A DNA stretch of 8,911 nt from Ostreococcus tauri (lineage: Eukaryota): the NCBI GenBank assembly GCA_000214015.2, contig CAID01000001.2, positions 759,913-768,823 of the forward strand. The letters run 5' to 3'. Positions 5,771-8,911 of this stretch are shown here, piece by piece. Below the pieces are notes generated by a model. That model was not told the origin of the DNA. It ran no database searches and saw nothing but the letters and a program-made list of their open reading frames with translations. Numbering within the stretch: the stretch's first letter is position 1; every line of letters starts with the position of its first letter. The position numbers were made by a program, and so were the translations under genes.

Positions 5771-7501
5771 TCAATCTAGCTCGCCGCTCTCCGTGAGAAA
5801 GCTTCTGTGCGCGGATTTCGGATCCCTCACCGAACCAGGACTTAAGCGCGTGGTCTCAAACGCACCCGTGTCACCCTGTGGTGGCGCCGAATCCCAGTCC
5901 ATGTAGACTTTTTGCGTGTGCTTTGGAGACGCCGGCGTGTCGGCCGCGTCATCGACGCGCTTCGCTCGGAGCATGCTCAGGTCGATACCAGAGGCATCAA
6001 TGCCACCATACTGGTTGCCCAACATCGCCGCGATGTCATCGAATTCATTCGCATTAAGTCCGTCGGATTGCACCTTGATTTTAGCCTCAGGCTGCCGTTC
6101 CAGTCTCGCATCAAACTCCCTCGCCCGCTTCTTCAAGTGTTCATGTCTGAACTTTGAGATTGCCTTTTTACCGATCGCGATATCGTTTGCTCCCATGACC
6201 CCACGCTTTTCCCAAATCGCTAAAACTTTCTGCACTGCCTGACGGCGGTATCGCGCGTGTGCTTCCCCTATGGTAGCGCCGTCCGGCACCTCGACACCCT
6301 TCATCTCCGTCGCCTCATCCACCTTGATCACGGCTATCACATGTTTGATGATGTCTGCTATGTGCTTACGCAACGCTCGTGTGTACATGGCGTGGACGGC
6401 ATGCGACCCGCCTCGCGATTCGACGTTACTCGCTTGGGCGATGGAGTCGACAACGAAGAGTAATGTGAGCCGCGTCGACGCCGACGTGGACTCGTTTGAC
6501 ATTTGCTCTCGAAGAGTGGACACGACAGCCTCAGGCACACCTTCACGAGATGACATGGCAAGGGCGACGCTTGTGATTTCGAATATCGATTGTCGGCTAC
6601 GCGTTATTTGTGAGAGCTTACCCAGGAAATCATCGACAGCGGCTTGCGACTGGGCATCCAACATGGCGACTTCCGCCTCTTCCGTCTGAGACCTATCTTG
6701 CAGAGCGGCCAACGCCTCGAGCGAGTCCCGCTCGATCGGTTTCTTCATGTCGTTAACGATGTTCATCACGTTTAGTGCTGGCTTTTTCGGTTTAACCGGG
6801 GTCGTTCCTCGCGCCGCGCGCTCCTTTGCGCGCTCCTCAGCCTTTTGCAGTGCCTCAGTAATCGCCTCTTTCGCTTTGACTATTCGTTCTCTTGTGCCGT
6901 AAACTTGGATCATCGTCTCGTTTTCCGGATGCACCTGCACGCGCGCCCCAGATTTGAACCTCAACACCTTCAAATTGTCGCCGTGTCGTCCCACGATGTC
7001 CGATCTGAACCGTCCGCAATCGACGTCCACTGTGAATTGCTTCGCCGCCGCCTCCCTCGCCGCCGCCTCCCTCGCCGCCGCCTCCCTCGCCGCCGCCTCC
7101 CTCGTCCGTTCTACTACCGCGCGTTCGGCCGTCTCACGGTTTACCGTCTCTCGATCCGCCTCTCGCTCGAGCGTCGTCGCTCGCTTCGCTCGCGTCGCCT
7201 CCTCGAATTCTGCCTCGTCGGAATCCGCGGTCTCGCGCGTCTTCGCCTTCTTCCGCGCTCCCTCCGTCATCTTCTCCGTTCGCGCGCGCGTCGCCGCCTT
7301 TGCGCGCGCGTTGACGACGATACCGTTCCTCTTGGCCCACGCGACGTACCCGGGGCGCGCGTGGAGCGGCGGACATCGCGCGCGATCGCTCGGCGGTTGC
7401 GTCCTGCACGACCCGCACCCGCCCAAGGACCAGCGACATTTTGCGCATCCCACGCGGTCCGCGACGTCGATCTCGGCGTCGGGCGTCGTGGCCGAGGACA
7501 T
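5771..7501 (-). CDS. KH-domain + CID (RNA polymerase II CTD-interaction / RPR) domain protein with N-terminal Cys4 knuckle, 576 aa
   Basis: Minus ATG at 7501-7499, TGA at 5773-5771, no intron needed. The KH type I signature is DIVGRHGDNLKVLRFKSGARVQV (GxxG loop = GRHG). The CID-like block is LSQITRSRQSIFEITSVALA...RLTLLFVVDSIAQAS...AVQKVLAIWEKRGVMG, matching the PCF11/Nrd1/SCAF8/RPRD pattern (..KL..LYL.DSI.Q......kvl.iWe.r.vf). The N-terminus carries CAKCRWSLGGCGSC. Confidence 0.88.
   Translation of the reverse strand: MSSATTPDAEIDVADRVGCAKCRWSLGGCGSCRTQPPSDRARCPPLHARPGYVAWAKRNGIVVNARAKAATRARTEKMTEGARKKAKTRETADSDEAEFEEATRAKRATTLEREADRETVNRETAERAVVERTREAAAREAAAREAAAREAAAKQFTVDVDCGRFRSDIVGRHGDNLKVLRFKSGARVQVHPENETMIQVYGTRERIVKAKEAITEALQKAEERAKERAARGTTPVKPKKPALNVMNIVNDMKKPIERDSLEALAALQDRSQTEEAEVAMLDAQSQAAVDDFLGKLSQITRSRQSIFEITSVALAMSSREGVPEAVVSTLREQMSNESTSASTRLTLLFVVDSIAQASNVESRGGSHAVHAMYTRALRKHIADIIKHVIAVIKVDEATEMKGVEVPDGATIGEAHARYRRQAVQKVLAIWEKRGVMGANDIAIGKKAISKFRHEHLKKRAREFDARLERQPEAKIKVQSDGLNANEFDDIAAMLGNQYGGIDASGIDLSMLRAKRVDDAADTPASPKHTQKVYMDWDSAPPQGDTGAFETTRLSPGSVRDPKSAHRSFLTESGELD
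6173..6640 (-). other. CID / RPR-like domain (aa ~288-443)
   Basis: See the parent CDS. The helical-repeat pattern has the conserved DSI.Q and the C-terminal V..IWE.RGV motif. Boundaries are approximate. Confidence 0.7.
6839..7036 (-). other. KH type I domain (aa ~156-221)
   Basis: FTVDVDCGRFRSDIVGRHGDNLKVLRFKSGARVQVHPENETMIQVYGTRERIVKAKEAITEAL shows beta-alpha-alpha-beta-beta-alpha spacing with a GxxG loop. Confidence 0.8.
7043..7102 (-). repeat. Perfect 4x tandem 15-bp coding repeat (plus strand CGCCGCCGCCTCCCT; minus strand AGG GAG GCG GCG GCG = R-E-A-A-A)
   Basis: Four identical units at 7043-7057, 7058-7072, 7073-7087 and 7088-7102. They are in frame in the KH-CID gene (aa R134-A153, REAAAREAAAREAAAREAAA) and lie immediately upstream of the KH domain. 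Confidence 0.97.
7406..7447 (-). other. Cys4 knuckle CxxC-x6-CxxC (C19, C22, C29, C32), putative zinc-binding; family unassigned
   Basis: I verified the codons by hand: TGC at 7447-7445, TGT at 7438-7436, TGC at 7417-7415, TGC at 7408-7406. The motif is GCAKCRWSLGGCGSCR. Zinc binding is inferred from spacing only. Confidence 0.45.
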
Positions 7502-7609
7502 GGTCCCGTCGGTGGACGCGACGACGCCGCGCGAGGGATGCGATGTGCGGACGGCGCGGAACGCGCGGGACAGTTGAGTGCTACGCGCTACGATGCTATG
7601 ATAAAAACT
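7502..7609 (-). promoter_or_regulatory. 108-bp tandem spacer: 3' UTR/poly(A) site of the JmjC gene plus promoter and 5' UTR of the KH-CID gene
   Basis: The spacer lies between the TAG of the JmjC gene (7612-7610) and the ATG of the KH-CID gene (7501). It contains no minus-strand ATG (no CAT on the plus strand). An AT-richer patch sits at 7596-7612. Confidence 0.35.
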
Positions 7610-8911
7610 CTAAAACCAGAAATTGACGGACACGGACGTCGTGAGGGAGCGAACGTAGTGCCAGTGATTCTTGGGCATGAATAAAACGTCACCCGGGGCG
7701 AGGATGGTCTCCAGATACTCGGCGTGCGAGGCGAGCGGATACTCTCGCGCGTCGGCTGCGCTCTCAGGATTGACCGGCGAGCGCGTGAACGTGTTCCGGT
7801 TACCGGCCCGGAGAACGTCCGTGTCGTCGCAGTACAAGTATTTGGTCTGTGCATCATCGTATATTCGGATGTACTTGTGTCCGGCGATCTGACAGAGGAG
7901 GTTGAGATAGGGGTCTCGATGTATCGCCGTCTTCGTCCCTGCGGTTCCCAACCAAGCGTTTATGGCTGACGTCTCGGTGCGAATACGTCCCAAGCAGTAT
8001 GGAGAAATCGTAAACGAGTCCTGCATCGCGGGTATTTGATTGAATATCGGATGCTGCGAGATGTACGCGACTTTTTCGCTCGGGGGTAATCCGTCATGAG
8101 CGTCGTTGGACGGCACCAAAAAGTCGCGAGCAAACGCTCCAAGAGTGGTCACGCCGGTGCCGTGACTTTCGAATGCGGTGCCGTACTCCACCGGCACGAT
8201 CGTCTCGGCGTACGTTTCAAACAAATCGAGCGTTTTGAAGTCATCCATGAGTTTCCAGTCCTCTCCGTCGGCGCCGATATGTCCTTTGATGACACACGGT
8301 CGCTCCTTGGCTATGTAATCGGTATAGAACCGAGTCGTCGATAACTCGCTCGCTTGCTCCACGGCGATCGCACGCCCGGGCTCGAGCGTTGGAACACCTC
8401 GTTCTGGAAGCGCGCTCGGTATCACGCTTTCCAACGGCGGTTTCTCGCCGGTTGCATCCGCGCTCTCGCCTCGCGAAAAAGCGCGCTCGACGAGCGCCAC
8501 CGCGTCCGCGCACCACTCAGGGACTCGGTCTGGAGAGTACAACGTCGACGCCGCGAGAAGGTCCAGCGCGATCCTACCTAACCGCGTGCGACGATCCCAA
8601 CCCGCGTCTCTACACGCCGCGCTCACCGTGGGATCATCCGTGAAGAACTCTTCGTCGCCCGCGTCGTCCTCTCCGCCCTTAAGCTCGGCTAAAACGACCA
8701 CCCCGTGCGCGAGCGTGTGCGCGTCCAGAAACCCATCATCCGGCCAGTTCCCAGCCTCCAACTGTTTCGCGCACGCCCAGATCACCCGTCGAGCCTCGCG
8801 TCGCGCCGATGTCCAATCGTCCCGCCTCGCCGCGTCTCTCGCCCGCGCGCACGCGTCCGCCGCCCCCGCCCCTCCCGGCGCGAACGTCCGCACCCCCTCG
8901 CCCGCGCGCCG
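7610..8911 (-). CDS. JmjC (cupin) domain protein of the JMJD5/KDM8 (plant JMJ30) type; 5'-partial, reading frame open to the window edge
   Basis: TAG at 7612-7610. The track start at 8893 is GTG, and the frame stays open to 8911, so the true ATG lies outside the window. The C-terminal half aligns by eye with human JMJD5: VAYISQHPIFNQIP (AYLAQHQLFDQIP), INAWLGTAGTKTAIHRDPYLNLLCQIAGHKYIRIY ([35 protein letters not shown]) and ILAPGDVLFMPKNHWHYVRSLTTSVSVNFWF ([31 protein letters not shown]). The Fe(II) triad HxD...H is intact (His codon 7921-7919, Asp two codons later, His 7660-7658). Confidence 0.93.
   Translation of the reverse strand, partial: RRAGEGVRTFAPGGAGAADACARARDAARRDDWTSARREARRVIWACAKQLEAGNWPDDGFLDAHTLAHGVVVLAELKGGEDDAGDEEFFTDDPTVSAACRDAGWDRRTRLGRIALDLLAASTLYSPDRVPEWCADAVALVERAFSRGESADATGEKPPLESVIPSALPERGVPTLEPGRAIAVEQASELSTTRFYTDYIAKERPCVIKGHIGADGEDWKLMDDFKTLDLFETYAETIVPVEYGTAFESHGTGVTTLGAFARDFLVPSNDAHDGLPPSEKVAYISQHPIFNQIPAMQDSFTISPYCLGRIRTETSAINAWLGTAGTKTAIHRDPYLNLLCQIAGHKYIRIYDDAQTKYLYCDDTDVLRAGNRNTFTRSPVNPESAADAREYPLASHAEYLETILAPGDVLFMPKNHWHYVRSLTTSVSVNFWF
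7613..8068 (-). other. JmjC / cupin catalytic domain of the JMJD5-like protein
   Basis: See the parent CDS: HRD ... GHKYIRIY (2-oxoglutarate Lys) ... WHYV. Boundaries are approximate. Confidence 0.85.

Noticed and set aside
7043-7102. The 15-bp tandem repeat as a CRISPR-like array, a transposon end or a satellite.
   Set aside because: The units are directly adjacent with no spacers. They are in frame within a long ORF, number only four, and lack flanking inverted repeats or target-site duplications. This is a coding microsatellite-type expansion.
6845-7684. Plus-strand ORFs of 279 aa (6845..7684) and 207 aa (6954..7577), including an RRRLP-type repeat.
   Set aside because: They are antisense to the KH-CID gene. 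Their repeat is simply the reverse reading of the (REAAA)4 unit. The 279-aa ORF would also cross the spacer at 7502-7609 into the JmjC gene.
8891-8893. The start codon of the JmjC gene at 8893, as in the ORF track.
   Set aside because: The codon is GTG and the frame remains open to the window edge at 8911. The first in-frame ATG inside the window (KLMDDF) would delete conserved N-terminal sequence. The gene is therefore reported as 5'-partial.
1-8911. Prokaryotic operon, defence island or other novel multi-gene system, as the prompt invites.
   Set aside because: Every recognisable product is a eukaryotic-type protein: plant-ECA-like SERCA, RPAP3-like co-chaperone, Pol II CTD-interaction domain protein, JMJD5/KDM8. 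Gene orientations alternate, the functions are unrelated, and no nuclease, toxin, integrase or recombinase signature is visible. Claiming a system here would be invention.
83-8911. Introns or repetitive introner elements, which are known in some Micromonas genomes.
   Set aside because: All six gene models are continuous ORFs whose conserved motifs are colinear with homologues. No frame break or missing motif requires splicing. Short introns in the two orphan genes or beyond the window cannot be excluded.
5771-8911. The adjacent JMJD5-like and KH-CID genes as a functional chromatin/transcription module.
   Set aside because: This is only two same-strand neighbours in a genome where everything is tightly packed. 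There is no evidence of co-regulation from sequence, and eukaryotic adjacency alone is not informative.

Overview
This window is eukaryotic nuclear DNA, not prokaryotic. It is very gene-dense: six apparently intronless protein genes cover about 95% of the 8911 bases by my coordinates. Codons strongly favour G/C endings (ACG/TCG/GCG/GAG/GAC). Together with the gene content, this fits a GC-rich prasinophyte green alga (Micromonas/Ostreococcus-like, Mamiellophyceae). That organism assignment is an inference.

Gene order:
- SERCA/plant-ECA-type Ca2+-ATPase (+, 83..3277)
- small orphan protein with a transit-peptide-like N-terminus and one hydrophobic helix (-, 3337..3651)
- RPAP3-like TPR co-chaperone (+, 3650..4873)
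- orphan basic/acidic protein (+, 4979..5680)
- KH + CID (Pol II CTD-interaction) protein with an N-terminal Cys4 knuckle and a perfect (REAAA)4 repeat (-, 5771..7501)
- JMJD5/KDM8-type JmjC hydroxylase/demethylase, 5'-truncated by the window edge (-, 7610..8911)

Several ORF-track starts are GTG/TTG codons (3392, 3672, 4964, 8893). I re-set those to ATG, or left the gene open at the window edge.

I see no RNA genes, transposons, CRISPR array, operon or defence-island-like system, and I do not claim one.

The points worth a second look are:
- two divergent genes whose ATGs interlock in one CATG
- the unusual Cys4-KH-CID architecture
- an in-frame, perfectly repeated 15-bp unit encoding a helix-forming EAAAR-type motif
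- two orphan genes
- extremely short convergent and tandem spacers, with UGUA-type signals on both strands
- a GC mosaic that tracks folded versus low-complexity protein segments

The many long antisense ORFs are third-position-aligned shadows of the real genes.
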